A stretch of DNA of 63,984 bases, the filler included, from Dirinaria sp. TL-2023a (taxonomy: Eukaryota): the NCBI GenBank assembly GCA_051941275.1. It is 3 parts of 3 records of this genome, joined end to end, with 100 filler letters (N's around TTAATTAATTAA, not from the genome) between each part and the next. Parts side by side here need not be neighbours in the genome. Positions count along the whole stretch, not along the records: positions 1 to 22,739 come from JAVEBF010000215.1; positions 22,840 to 45,575 come from JAVEBF010000216.1; 1 more part is not named here. The stretch is one strand, 5' to 3'. Numbering within the stretch: position 1 is the first letter of the stretch; the number at the start of each line of letters is the position of its first letter. The notes under the pieces are model-generated. The model had not been told where the DNA came from. It made no database searches and was given only the letters and a program-made list of their open reading frames with translations. Position numbers and translations under genes: made by a program. Shown here piece by piece: positions 13,486 through 25,683 of the stretch.

Positions 13486-14043
13486 GGGCTCAAGGTCAGA
13501 AGGCCTCGGCTTAGACCGTTCGCTGCTTGGAAGTAGTATAGTCAACCACCGACGTTAGGCAACGCTATTATTATTCTAAAATATTAGTAGACAAGTAGTA
13601 ATTATGAAAGGCTAACAGGATAATATATTTTTAGTGCAAGAGGTTCAGAGATCACATCCTTCATTATTGTTATCTCCTCTACTGTACGAGCCGGTATCAC
13701 TCGCAGCCTTGGCCTGGACGAAAACGATCTAGACCAGGAAGGTCTTGGCGCTTGTTGCCGCACTAAGCTAAGTCTTACTTAGTCATCCACGAGCATCCTA
13801 CTTAGAGGTAGCTTCTCTTCTAAATCTTCATCCTCTACAGAATAATCTTACAACAATAGCCGATGTAGCGATCCTACAGACGAGTATCAAAGCCATTATA
13901 GCGGTGACCCAGCACCTCACGTCCGCCTTCAGGAGTTGGCGCATCTCCCTAGAAACAAGAACTACGTGAGGTAGGTATCTATCCGCAGCTACCCACACTG
14001 AAGAAGCCAATTACACTAGGCAATCTCCATAATCACACAATTT

Positions 14044-16352
14044 CTATAGTACCCACGTCCATACCCATTCCCAGAAGCTCAAGAGATTCTGCTGGCTGAT
14101 GACTCGATCGCGTTGTGATCGGCTGAGCTTCCCCCTCCGTCGTGATGGGTCGCGTCGTACGGCCTTTACAGGATTATTCAAGTCTTCACTCGCGCTCCTT
14201 GACCACTTCAAAGGATTCCATGTACGATCCACTTTCACATGGTATGCTGCGACAAAGATCAAGAAGATCAAAATCTGTCGGGAGATGAGTAACAGCTACG
14301 CCTACGGTTTCTCCGAGAGCCAACTCACACTTATGTACGCCGCGATGAAGTCACCTCCCGAGAATGGATGGAACGTTTGCCATCCATTGAACAAGGCCAC
14401 GAAGCTGCAGGCAAGTAGACCAAACCATGCTCGTACGTATTGCCAGTGAGACTTGTACGGGTAGCTACTCTTGTTTTCTCGATTGTACGCTGCCTGGTCT
14501 TGCTCAATGTTCTGCCCACCGGGCTCAAAGCCTTGGGCGGCTCTCTTGATGCTGCGCTTATTAGCTGACGGCAATGTCATTGGAATTGACGGAACAAGTA
14601 AATTGCTACGCGTACCTTCGGTAAAAGCGCAAATATGCGGAGCATATGACAGCATAAACAATCATGATCGATACCGTTGAGTTGGTAGCCATTCTGCCGA
14701 GCACCTGAGAATCAATCAATCAATAATCCTTGACAACAGCACCTTCTTGCCTAGTATCAACATACGCGAGCGGTGTCACTTCCAGCAGCCAACATCCCCA
14801 GCCACCCAAATAGCCAACTCGTAAAGACTGCAGCTTGAGGTACACCTGACTCGCTTGTGCGCTCGAGCCGTAGTCTTATCGATTGAGCAATTGACCATGA
14901 GGGCCAGACAGCCGGAACGTTGGCTAAGGCATGGAGTAAACGCGAAGAGAGGTACAGTGCGTTGAGACCTGCCGAAGTGGCAGAAAATATGAAGATAGCA
15001 TTGAACAGGCTTGGAAACCCGAGGACACCATCTCGCACCGCAGCGACAATGAAGGCAGAATGCGCCCCGTTGTTTATGGCATTCACATCGGCGTCCCGGA
15101 GTTGAGGGTCATCATAGGGAACATTGAGACCCACGACGAATGCGCCGAGGGTATAAAGCAGAATTATCCGGAGAGAGATTTTTCTAGTTGCGAGTTTGAT
15201 GTTTTCCTCTGTTGCAAGGTCCTTGTTCTCGGGTGCAGTAATCGACACAGCCTCAAAACCGATCATCGAGAATACCGTCACCGTCATGGCCGTCCACATG
15301 GCTGCAAAATGGGCCGTTCCACCTCCATGGATCACGCCAGAGTGGGCCGTAAAGTTTTTGGACTCGAAACTGTAAGGTTGCTGATAATATTTGAAATATG
15401 TTTTTTCACGAGCATTGTTGATAACATTGAACATAATCAGACCCACAAAGAAGACCATTTTAACCACTCCAATCAAGTATTCAATTTCGCCGTAAATACG
15501 GACTGGGAGAAGGTTGATTGATAGTATAAAAATGAGCCAAAGTGCGACGAAAACGGCCGGCGAGACCGATGAGGTCGATGTCCAATCAATTTGGTGTCCT
15601 GGAGGGTAATGGACCGACTCAAGATATCTGGGATCAAAATTGAACCGAAAAAGGTGGGCTACAGCTGTCACCTCTGCAGCGACAATAACCACCCAAGCAA
15701 ACCTACGACTGTTAAGCCTCCTTCAAATCCACAAAGTTGACTCTTCGTATAACGTACCATGACATCCAGCCACACGCGTAGCCGACACCGGCATCCAAGA
15801 ATCGGCTCGGAAACTCGAATATAGCGCCTTTCACTGGGAACAAAGCTGTCATCTCCCCGAGTGAAGCTGTGGCAGACCAAAGGACTGTCCCCATGAGTAA
15901 ATACGTGATCCACGCCAGGCCAGGGCCAGCTAAGTGAATCACTCTTCCTGATTGGAGGAAGAACCCAATTCCAACGACTGAGGAAAAGGCAATCATGTTC
16001 GTATGTCTCTCATCGAGGGCCTTCCTTGAGGGCCAGTTAGTATGATCGCTGGTAAACCAAGCCAAAGCCACAGAACATGCACAGAGAGCTTCACGCTGAC
16101 TTACCTCAATTCAGTCGGAAGGCTAGATGGCTCGATTCCCAACTCGTGCTGAGGTGCATCCATTTCTATGGGATCGAAGCCATCGGTCGGTTGAAGATCA
16201 GGTTTGATCGATGGCACGTCATTTGCGGAGCCGCTGGAGCCAGTATTTTGCGCCATACCATTACTGCGGTTTGTGGATGCGGATGCTCTACTCGTAAGCT
16301 GCGATCGAGGCACCAGAGCAATGTCCTCAGGCCTCGTCATGTTATGATCCAT
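14044..16352 (-). CDS. Amino-acid permease (APC superfamily, YAT-like), divergent
   Basis: Spliced LR|KALDERHTNMIAFSSVVGIGFFLQSG...AGPG, then SLGEMTALFP, YGEIEY, FSMIGFE, VGLNVPYDDPQL, SAGLNALYLSSRLL and GVPQAA; many hydrophobic helices over 5 or more exons. Confidence 0.9.
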
Positions 16353-17124
16353 ATTTTTTCCGCGCTGGGAAGGACGTGCAGGCCCAATGCCAAGTCAAAA
16401 TGTTTGCATGCGAGCGAAAGAGAAGGCCGACCAAAGCCTTACAACAGCAATAAATGGCAGAGCCTCTCTCTACATGATTGACGGTCGACCAGAGCGCAGC
16501 GCACTACAGCCTAATTGATACTGCATGAAGCTTTGCCCGATGTGGCCTCTCTCGCGCCTTGTGGCGTACCTAAGCACCAATGACAAAACGGTTCATGTAA
16601 CTCGTCAGCTGTGCCAAGTCAGCCATCAGCTGAAGATAGTAGAAATGAAATGATCTGGCATGGATTATTTCCACGAGATGTGTCAGGCGCTCTCTCGAAA
16701 GGGTGTGATGGAGCGGGGCTCTCACTGAACCAGACCACTTAGCAAGCTGCGGTGGGTCGAGACTGTTGGCTTAGCGACCATGGAGGCCGCCTTGCAGAAT
16801 GAGGCGTCGTGGAGCGAAGACCGAGGAATGCTACTCATCCCATAGCCCAGTGTAAAGTAATATTGCTCCTCTCACCCGAGGGAAGCGCTGCGAAAGCACG
16901 ATAACCCGATTCGGGACGAAACCGAACCTTGAAAACTATCCATTCTTACTCTTATCCATCATTTCTGAGAGAGATAAATAGGGTTCGATGAATATACATC
17001 ATTCCGAGTCTTACACACTGGAAAGGTTTTGTAACCGACGACTACATTATATATCAAGCGCTGGATCAACGTTTCGGCGAATTCAAGGCGTCATCGCTCT
17101 TCACGGTTCGGTTCAATCAAGGTG

Positions 17125-20100
17125 ATGGGTACTGTAAGTGCCCTATATACTGGAACTTCATGGCTCACGGCATTGATACCGGTCAATAGCAGACCTTGGC
17201 CAACTGCAGTATTTGCGATATTCCGAGGCCGACAGAAAAGTTTTTTCAGTGCTCTACCTGCCGACCTGCTGGAGGTGATTCACTATTCTATTGCGCAGCT
17301 CATTGTTCAGAAACAGACTGCAGCCATGCAGAGAATTGTAGCATCCAGGGACACGAGTCTTGCTGGGATTCTCATCTTCCTAGGAAGGGGCGACAAAGCC
17401 ATCAGAAGCTTGATACCTTTCCAGACTACCTCACTCGGCTCATTCTCCATTCCGAGCCCGATAGTGAGCTACAAGCTCGGCTACATGAAAAAGATCGCAA
17501 AGCTCAGTGGTTCACAGTCACATCTAGCCCTTCTGAAGAATCAGAGGCCACCGTACAGATTACGGACCGCTTTCGCAGACTCTGTGATCCTAGATACGTG
17601 AACAACAGATCCAGCACCGAGCAGTACCCAAGTATTGTCTCATTCATCGGGGATACAGGCGTGGGAAAGTCAACAATCGTGAATGCGATGTCTGTTATTG
17701 GACAGATTGACAGGCAATTAGCAAGTGAATCGACATATTCGAGCTCAATGTCATCTTTGTCAACAAGGAGACCCTCGAATCTGCCTCAAGTTAAGCAAGC
17801 CAGGGAGAATGGCCCTGTTACTCGCTCTGGAGACCCTCAACGTGCAACGGAGCCTACGAGTCTTGGTGTCCACCTGTATCTTGACCCAAATGTCACCAGC
17901 GTTCGATATCATCCCAGCTCAGAGAAAGAAGTAGTGCCGATCTTATTCGCGGATTGCGAAGGATTCCGGGGTGGAACTAACAAAACGAACGCAGAGCGTA
18001 GTGTACAAGGCCCCTCATCGTCGCAACCCAGGCGCTATTCAGCAACATCATTGGCCAGGATGCCGTCTCAATCGAGCTCACATCATGGCAGAAATATTGT
18101 TGATGAATTGGAGATAACTTTACCAGAGATAAGAAATGCGGGCAAAGCAGGCGCAGAGCTATATTATGCCCGATTCTTGTACGCCTTCAGCGATGTGGTT
18201 GTGTTTGTCACCAACAATGATCAGCAATTACATGGAGACATACAGCGCCTATTGGAATGGGCTGCTTCAGCAGTCTATAAATCCATAAATCACTTGCCTA
18301 GAAAAACGCTCATCATAGTGCTAAACATGCCCGGGCGTCACAATCTAGACTATTACGAAGAAGCTTTTCTCAAGAGGTCGTTGTTCGGATCTATGGACAA
18401 TATTTGGGCCACTTCTAAAGAATTAACAGCCTTTAAGCAACGCCACGACAATGAGTCCGAAGTAAGGGAGGGTGAAATTCACAGCAACGAAAGCTTTCTG
18501 AAAATATTCTTTCAAAGCGTAGAAGTCTGTTACATACCTAACAAAGGTTTTGCGACATCTCTAGATGTGATTCGCCAGTATCGATCCTTACGAGAGCGGA
18601 TCGTCCAAGCGGTAGCAGCAGGCCAGCGTGCTCGATCCGTTTCTTGGACTCGTTATGATGTGCCTAGTTTGTCGCATCTTTTCGGTCGTGCATTTCACCA
18701 TTTTGCGAAATTGTCTGGGCCTTTTGACTTCTATACAGCCGCCAGAAAAGATAATCCGATGTCAGTGACTATGGCGGATCATATTGCCAATCTCCTGCGC
18801 TACTTGCAGGCATCAGATCTCCGTTTGAATGGAATCCCTGATGTCGTGGCCATTTGTCTCATAACCTTTGTGCATCGTGACTTCCGACAAGGTACGCCAG
18901 CATCGCACCAAGCACCAATGCTTCATTTTCTAATAGATCGCAGCTATCGAACCTAGTGAAATATTTGATCGAACACTACGTCACGTGTGTGCTCATGGTA
19001 TACAGACATACCAAAACAAGTATCAACGATGTGCATTCATATTCCCTAGCGATGGGCAACGATGCAAAGCAATTAGACTCACGCACCCCGAACACTGTAG
19101 CTCAGGTGCAAGAGCCACCACGATGCCTGGGATCTTCGATTCTTCTGACTACTACGAGGCACCTGGTGATACAATTCGAAAGATCCGAAGCTCCTTCATC
19201 ACAATGTTCAAAGAGCTTTGTTCTCATGGCTCGATGCTTCGGTTAGCTCCACCTAAAAAGGTCGCTGCATATCGATGTCAAATCCTTACCTCCCAAAAGC
19301 TTGAGCAATCGTCCTTTTGGCAGAAATCTAAGAGCAGTAAGACTTGCTTCACATGCCTCCAGTGGGTGCCAGATCACGCATTGCCTTGCGGACATATGTA
19401 CTGCGAGCATTGTGTGAAGGACTTTGGACAGCAATGTGATAGCCAAAGATATGTCTTGGAGATGAATCAGTGTGTTCTGTGCCTTGAATCCTGGAACACT
19501 CAATCGCCCCAGCTGATCAAGTTGAAACCCAAATGCGCAGGAGTCAGAGTCCTTACTTTAGACGGCGGTGGAGTCCGCGGTATTGTTGAGCTTGCGATCC
19601 TCGAAGAGCTCGAGCAGCAAGTCGGACTCGGAGTACCAATCAAGGAACTCTTCGACCTCATTGTTGGAACCAGTACAGGTAAGTGCTAATGGTGAATCCA
19701 CTCGTACGTTGCGTATCACCCGGATGAAGTCTGACTTTCGTCACCTTACCGTAGGTGGTGTCATCGCACTCGGACTGGCGATGACGGAGTATAACATACA
19801 TGATATGAAGACGCAGTTCCTTTTTTTATCCGAGAAGACATTTAAAAAAGACCGTGGGGGACTCCTATCTGCCGTCGATCCTTTCAATGTCTTCCCAGCT
19901 CTTCTCATGGCCATGAAGGCTTGGGAAAGTAAGTATAGAACGACACCTCTACGGGAGGGTCTGATCGACCTTTTTGGTCACAATATGTCAATGTTCCCAG
20001 CTGCGACAACTACAAAGAGTCAAAGGAAGATTAGAGTCGCGGTGACTTCAACAACATCCGGAGATCCTTGCATATTCACCAATTATAACCGACTAGTCGC

Positions 20101-21447
20101 AACTGGTAACTTCACCTAGAATATAAGTAGCACCCAGAGCTAGTGTTCTGATCGTTTATAGACAATAAGGATTTCGAGCGGGAAGACGAGCAATCAAAGG
20201 AGGCTAGAGTCTGGGAAGCGTAGGTTGACCTCTTCTCAAGATTTACATTGGCAGCGTGACTTACACCCGGGCCCACCTAGAGCTCTGGCTACTTCTGCCG
20301 CACCAATATATTTCAAACCTCTCGAACGAGGTTCACCGCCCAAGCTCTATGTCGACGGTGCTTTGCACGCTAATCTTCCTGTCGACTACGCACTGTGGGA
20401 AACACAGAAAATCTGGCCCGCGCTCGGTGCCAGGCGGGCAATCAGTGAACTGCAAGGTGTCACTGATGTCAATGATAACGCCGTAACACTGATCAACGAA
20501 ATCCGTCTTAGTGACCCGCAAGCGAGTGCACGGAGATCAGCATCGATCAATACCGAGCCGCTTGCTTACGGCACAGAAGTCCCCCTTGATATCCTAGTCT
20601 CGATTGGTACCGGAAAGCAGACTCGAGAAGACCATTATCCTAATGCTTTCGAGATTGGGGGCCTGAAACAGGTCTATCTATCCTTCATCAAAGCGTTGGA
20701 CACAGAGTCTGCCTGGGATGATTTCAGGCGCAAGAGATCTTATAACGAATATCGCCATCACCGCCTCAATGTACCATTGCATGGAAGCTACGTCGGCCTT
20801 GATGACTGGAAGTCAATGGATATGCTATACAAAACTGTGCAGCAGTACTATCAAAATTCCGATCAGCAGATGAATGCAGTACAAGATATTGCAGCTCGCG
20901 TCATAGCAAGCCTCCTGTTTTTCGAACCAAATCCTCCGGATATACACCTTCAGCCACCAGACCGCATGCATCGAATTCACGGGCAGATCTGGTGTCGACT
21001 ACCCAAAGGGAGTCATGCACTGATCCTACTAATCGATCGGATCTGCGGTTTCCACTATCTGGAAGAAAATTTGAACTTTCCCAATCAGGATGTCCCGAGT
21101 AAGTGTTTCAGATTCCTTAAACCCGTTGTTAAGTCTTTGTTAGACAACGGTTGTCTGCTTGCTTGTTTTGTCTTGCAACTCAAAGCCTACCCAAGAATAG
21201 AATTGCTGACACGAAATCATTAATAGTACCATTGGTGGATGGATGGAGATCCAGAATCAGGACTGAAGGCGAACACCTCGCAATCCCCATCACTATCAAA
21301 ACGATGGATCCAAACTCACGTATCCACGTAGCTGTAAGGTTGAAAGATGGGAAATATGGATCTGGTCCTGTTTCGGAGAGAACATTTACGATTAGTGGGT
21401 TTCCCATCATATTCAAAGACCTTGAAGCCATTAGCGCTCTGCAGTAA
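17125..21447 (+). CDS. Multidomain patatin-like phospholipase: N-terminal Cys/His Zn-binding region + GBP/atlastin-like P-loop GTPase + RING-like finger + patatin
   Basis: Micro-exon ATGGGTACT|GTAAGT at 17125. Walker A GDTGVGKS and G3-like LFADCEGF. RING-like CFTC...LPCGHMYCEHC...CVLC. Patatin motifs LTLDGGGVRG, DLIVGTSTG|G, ATSAAPIYF and YVDGAL. GT-AG introns at about 18892-18942, 19679-19754, 20106-20161 and 20221-20281, plus one beginning about 21099. Confidence 0.88.
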
Positions 21448-22241
21448 GGCGGACGATATACGATTCGTCCGATCGCTGGATCAGAATCAAGTCACTCGTA
21501 CAAAAATTTCTATCCGTCTGTGAAAAGCTTGTTCTCAATCGATTTCAAACAATTCTGAATCATACATGAATAATAATTCGGACTTCGCAATCATCTCCAT
21601 TTGGGCTAAAATATATCTTTCTACGAGTACATATGCACGAAACGGCTTGATTTTATGAAGCATATAATGTATTTGTTGGCTCAGGCCCGGGAGTCAGTCA
21701 ACTGATCCCAAGATCTGATCTGGGGCAGAATATGATTGAATGAGTGGAATATGACAACGTTTGAACTTCTGCTTCAACAATTGACGTTCGCACATACAAC
21801 ATATTTACGAAATCAATAGAGGTCTCAGAAGATAAACGATGTGAAAGCTAAATGATGCGAGATAGACGATGACATTCGCATGTAATGTTAAATGCTTCAT
21901 AATACGACTAGAAGACAACTTCCGTCTGAAAAATATTTGTACGCTAAAAAAAAGGTCATTGATCGGCAAACAAACATATTATCGAATGAATTCTTCGGAG
22001 GGTCTCTGTTCCATAAAACAATAACAGCTGGCATGGGAGAAACGATCATTGTACGTCGAACAAAGAAAACCCCGTACATATGTTCACAGGGGGGACAATG
22101 CCATTATTCCCCGAGAACACCCAGATATATAAATCATCAACGAATCCCCCTTCCTCTGACTTTCCTTCCTCATCCCTCCATCTACCAACCAATCACTTCA
22201 ACAATACATCCAAAACAAGCCTATCCGCAACTATCCGCAAA

Positions 22242-22580
22242 ATGAATTTCAACTTCGACTCCTTCAACGTGTATCGAATCGAATCTCAAAACCCAATCCA
22301 CGGCTCTATCGCGGACCATCTCGACGCCGCACCAGATGAGGCTTTTTTCCTCATGGTGTACTTCGTCTCCATGACAGCCATGACTGCCTTAAGTATAATG
22401 TATTTGATCGCCCGAGCCGTAAACGCCGCGTTGAATGGCAAACGCGAAGCTATGCTCGAGGCTGTACTGGGAGCTGGAGCATTTTATGCTACGTATTGGT
22501 GTATGGTGTTTTGGTGGTCGGATCTGTCATGGTTGATATTGCAAATGCTAAGAAAGTCGATCGTATTTCCGAGGACATAG
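22242..22580 (+). CDS. Small orphan membrane protein (2 hydrophobic helices)
   Basis: 112-codon ORF from AAAATG with an upstream TATATAAA (~22126) and a CT/CA-rich leader; two hydrophobic stretches. Confidence 0.5.
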   Translation: MNFNFDSFNVYRIESQNPIHGSIADHLDAAPDEAFFLMVYFVSMTAMTALSIMYLIARAVNAALNGKREAMLEAVLGAGAFYATYWCMVFWWSDLSWLILQMLRKSIVFPRT

Positions 22581-22739
22581 TCGGATGCCTATACAGGCAA
22601 TAGATGTTTGTCTATCTGACTGCCAAAAGACAACGACAATGGAAGAAAATCAAAGATATCTATCTCGAGCCTCTCGAATGATCCTCGGTTCAGCCCTATT
22701 TCAAGGCTGATTTTCAACAGTATGGACTAGTGGTGGGAA

Positions 22740-22839
22740 NNNNNNNNNNNNNNNNNNNNNNNNNNNNNNNNNNNNNNNNNNNNTTAATTAATTAANNNNN
22801 NNNNNNNNNNNNNNNNNNNNNNNNNNNNNNNNNNNNNNN
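22740..22839. other. Artificial contig-joining spacer (N44-TTAATTAATTAA-N44)
   Basis: Exactly 100 nt with a six-frame stop linker in the centre; flanked by homopolymer-rich contig ends. Confidence 0.97.
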
Positions 22840-22901
22840 CAAAGCTCCTAGAATAAGAACTGGGAGACGAAATTCAGAACTGCCCTGCCCACCGTTTTGA
22901 T

Positions 22902-22936
<35 letters not shown>

Positions 22937-23660
22937 CTTACTCGATTCAACACCCACAAGGGGCCTATGCGAGATAAAAGCGGGGTGTTAAAGCACTGAA
23001 TTTTCAATATTTTCATTGTTCGAAGGGAGAGAGGTAGGTAGGTATAAGGGAAGAAGTAAACCCCCCTTCCTCACTACTAAACCACCAAAGCTCCCACTTA
23101 CTCACACACAGAAAGAGAACAGGAGAAGAAAAAGAAACAAAGAACACCCAAAAAAAAAAAAAAAAAGGGGGGGGGAAGAAGGGATGCGTGCGTATGTGTA
23201 ATTTTCAATTAAGCGACGGGAACTTGAAATTTGATAACCGGATATTATTATTATGATTGTTAGGTGGATGGATAAAATATATGCGATATGCGCTTCGAGC
23301 TCTTTAAAACCAGGACCCCCCCCTTTCCCCCCGGGGAACGAGTGTCTCGTCTCCCAGCGGATGGAAATGTTGGGAAGGGGCGAACAGCTTCATGCATGCT
23401 TGCCAAACGCAACGACATTGACTAAATGCGAAAGGGGGATCAATTCATGATTGGCTTGATGGCAAAAAAATTGTAGTATTTTGTATTACCCAACACCAAG
23501 CCGAGATCAAGATATCTAGCTATGGAATGGTATCTCTTCTTTGCAATACGAAGGCATCGTGTCCAGAACACCACTATGCTCGTCCGCGTACCTCTGCTCC
23601 CAACCAGATACGCGGTTTTGAAAATTTATATGCAAAAACCGTAGGTACAGTAGGTACACC

Positions 23661-24795
23661 TCATCTCAGAATCTTCTTTGTTGGCGGCCTCGGGCTTTCC
23701 ACTTCCTGCAAGGCTCGGTCCTTGTATTGACTGTCCTTGATCGTACTTTCCTTGAACGTGCTCGACCTCTGCATTTCTCTGCCTCCGATCTCCGCCGTGA
23801 TGCCATCGGCAGGCAGTTCGTTGTGTTGTGCAGCATCCATCTCTTGCGGAGGCTGGTTTTCTGGGTTCGGGTATTCGTGCGCACTTTGTGATAATTCGTG
23901 GTAATCTGGCTGCCTCTTTTCGGCCGCTTCTTGGTCACGTCCAGCCGCTCGAGACTTCCTCCTACGAAACAGAAAAAACAGACCGAATCCGAGAAGCGCG
24001 AGGACGGCGATGGGTACAGCGACACCGATGCCTACCTTTGCTCCGGTCGACAAGCCGCCAGAGCTTGATTGTGAAGTTGTTTGGGGTTGGTCGGTGACCA
24101 CAGGAGTTGGGGCTGTCTGTCGAGAACCTGTCTCAGGCGCCGTGGTGCTGGAGGCAGAAGCCGTCTGTGCGGACAGAAGGCTGATGATTTTCTGGTCCTT
24201 GCTCTGCCATTGCACTTGGATGACATCGGCCGTGACGGTCATTGCTCCGTTGTTGGGATCCACGGACGTCAAGGACACGCTAGGAGGTATTGGATCGTTG
24301 CCAGCTTCGAGGGTCGAATACACATTGCTCAGGACGTTGGAAAAGATACTAGCGCACGCGTAGCCGCTGTGTGCGGAGAGGAAGAAGCCTCTGTCATGAG
24401 ATCAGTACTGCGGAGCTCCTGTCGAATCTAGAGGCCACTCACTTCGGACAACACATGGCGTCGAAGCCCGAGGAGTGAGATACCGTGCCAGCACTGGTCC
24501 AAGCATGCGGGCATATTCCAGGGGTGTAGTAGCTGTCATAGATGGAAAGGAAATCCGGTGGATAGCAGTCCCCACCCGTCTGGTTGACACCGTACTGCCA
24601 CAGATCCGTCCCGTCCCATGTGACGATGGACGAGCACGAAGGCGGAGGGGTGTATATCGTTGTCAGTGGCAAAGGAGTTTGGGTTATGGATCGAAGACTG
24701 CTGGCCTGACCGTGGGCATCAGATTCGAAATTGGACTCTACCAGCGTCGACGTCGCCTCCGAAACTGGAGTGGCCGCGGCAACCTCAGTAGCCAT
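23661..24795 (-). CDS. Single-pass membrane protein with Cys-containing ectodomain, Ser/Thr stalk and Mid2/WSC-like TM and cytoplasmic tail
   Basis: LPLTTIYTPPPSC...CYPP...YYTPGICP...CCP|NGYAC (intron ~24367-24443), then GLSTGAKVGIGVAVPIAVLALLGFGLFFLFRRRK and a tail with YHEL/QEMD/ELP motifs. Confidence 0.8.
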
Positions 24796-25683
24796 TTCTC
24801 GATGAGCAGTACAAGCACAAAGGGTATGTCAGCCTCGTCGCAAACTCCAGGGCATGTTATCGTGGTGTTTCGTACCCGTCTGTTGCTCGCAGGATGAAAG
24901 GTCTCCAGCTTGCGAATTCGTCGCCAACGCTAGCCTGCAACTCAGTACTGGCAAGGTCACCCATGCCACCTGGAACAGCGTCTCCCTGGCACCCACCGGA
25001 TCGGTCGGCGATGGGCACCGCAAGCAACAATCATTGTTGTACCCAACCCTGTGGAATGACAGGGTAGGTAATCCATCGCGTGCTGTGCCGTTTCAGACTC
25101 GTTACCCATCAGGGAAAGGGACGGCGAACATGGACATGGATGGGACCTGGATACATGTACCAATAGGAAAATTATTAAATCCTGCCCCGGAGAGACGTGC
25201 ATCTACCGAGACCTCGTACCCGAGCGGGGCGCTGACTCTAGTGGATATGATGATGACGGTGATACTGAAGGAGTCCTTTCATTCTCACCTGGCACAGATC
25301 ATCTAAAGTCGGAGTAAACGACAGCATTATAGCACTTTAATATGGTTCCTGATAACTGTTTACTGGTTTGAGCCTCAATGTATTCTTGGGTGATGAAGGA
25401 TGAAGAGCGATGGATTATCCAACAGTGAACAGTGCGAAAGCATTTGAATCGCTCAGAGCTTGAGACAGGGCTTAGCGTTGGCGCCGGGCAGGCCAAACCC
25501 TTTCGAGGACAGTTTCGAAACCAGCCGTAATAATGCGGCGATGATACTCATGAAGTTGCCGATCTAAAAGTAATCAATCGCAGCATGATGAGGGCGCATG
25601 ACGTAGGCGCATGAAGGGTTGTGAACTGATCAGAATCTGAAATCTATGTACACATAATACACGCCATCGATGCAATGGTAAAT

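Noticed and set aside
5536..22739. Starship or other giant transposon carrying the patatin cassette
   Set aside because: Patatin genes are known Starship cargo, but no DUF3435 tyrosine-recombinase captain ORF or terminal repeats are recognisable in this window.
22784..22795. TTAATTAATTAA palindrome inside N-runs (also 45620-45631)
   Set aside because: Synthetic six-frame stop linker, not biological.
22840..23200. Lys-rich ORFs from poly-T/poly-A/poly-G tracts
   Set aside because: Homopolymer runs at a contig end; low complexity.
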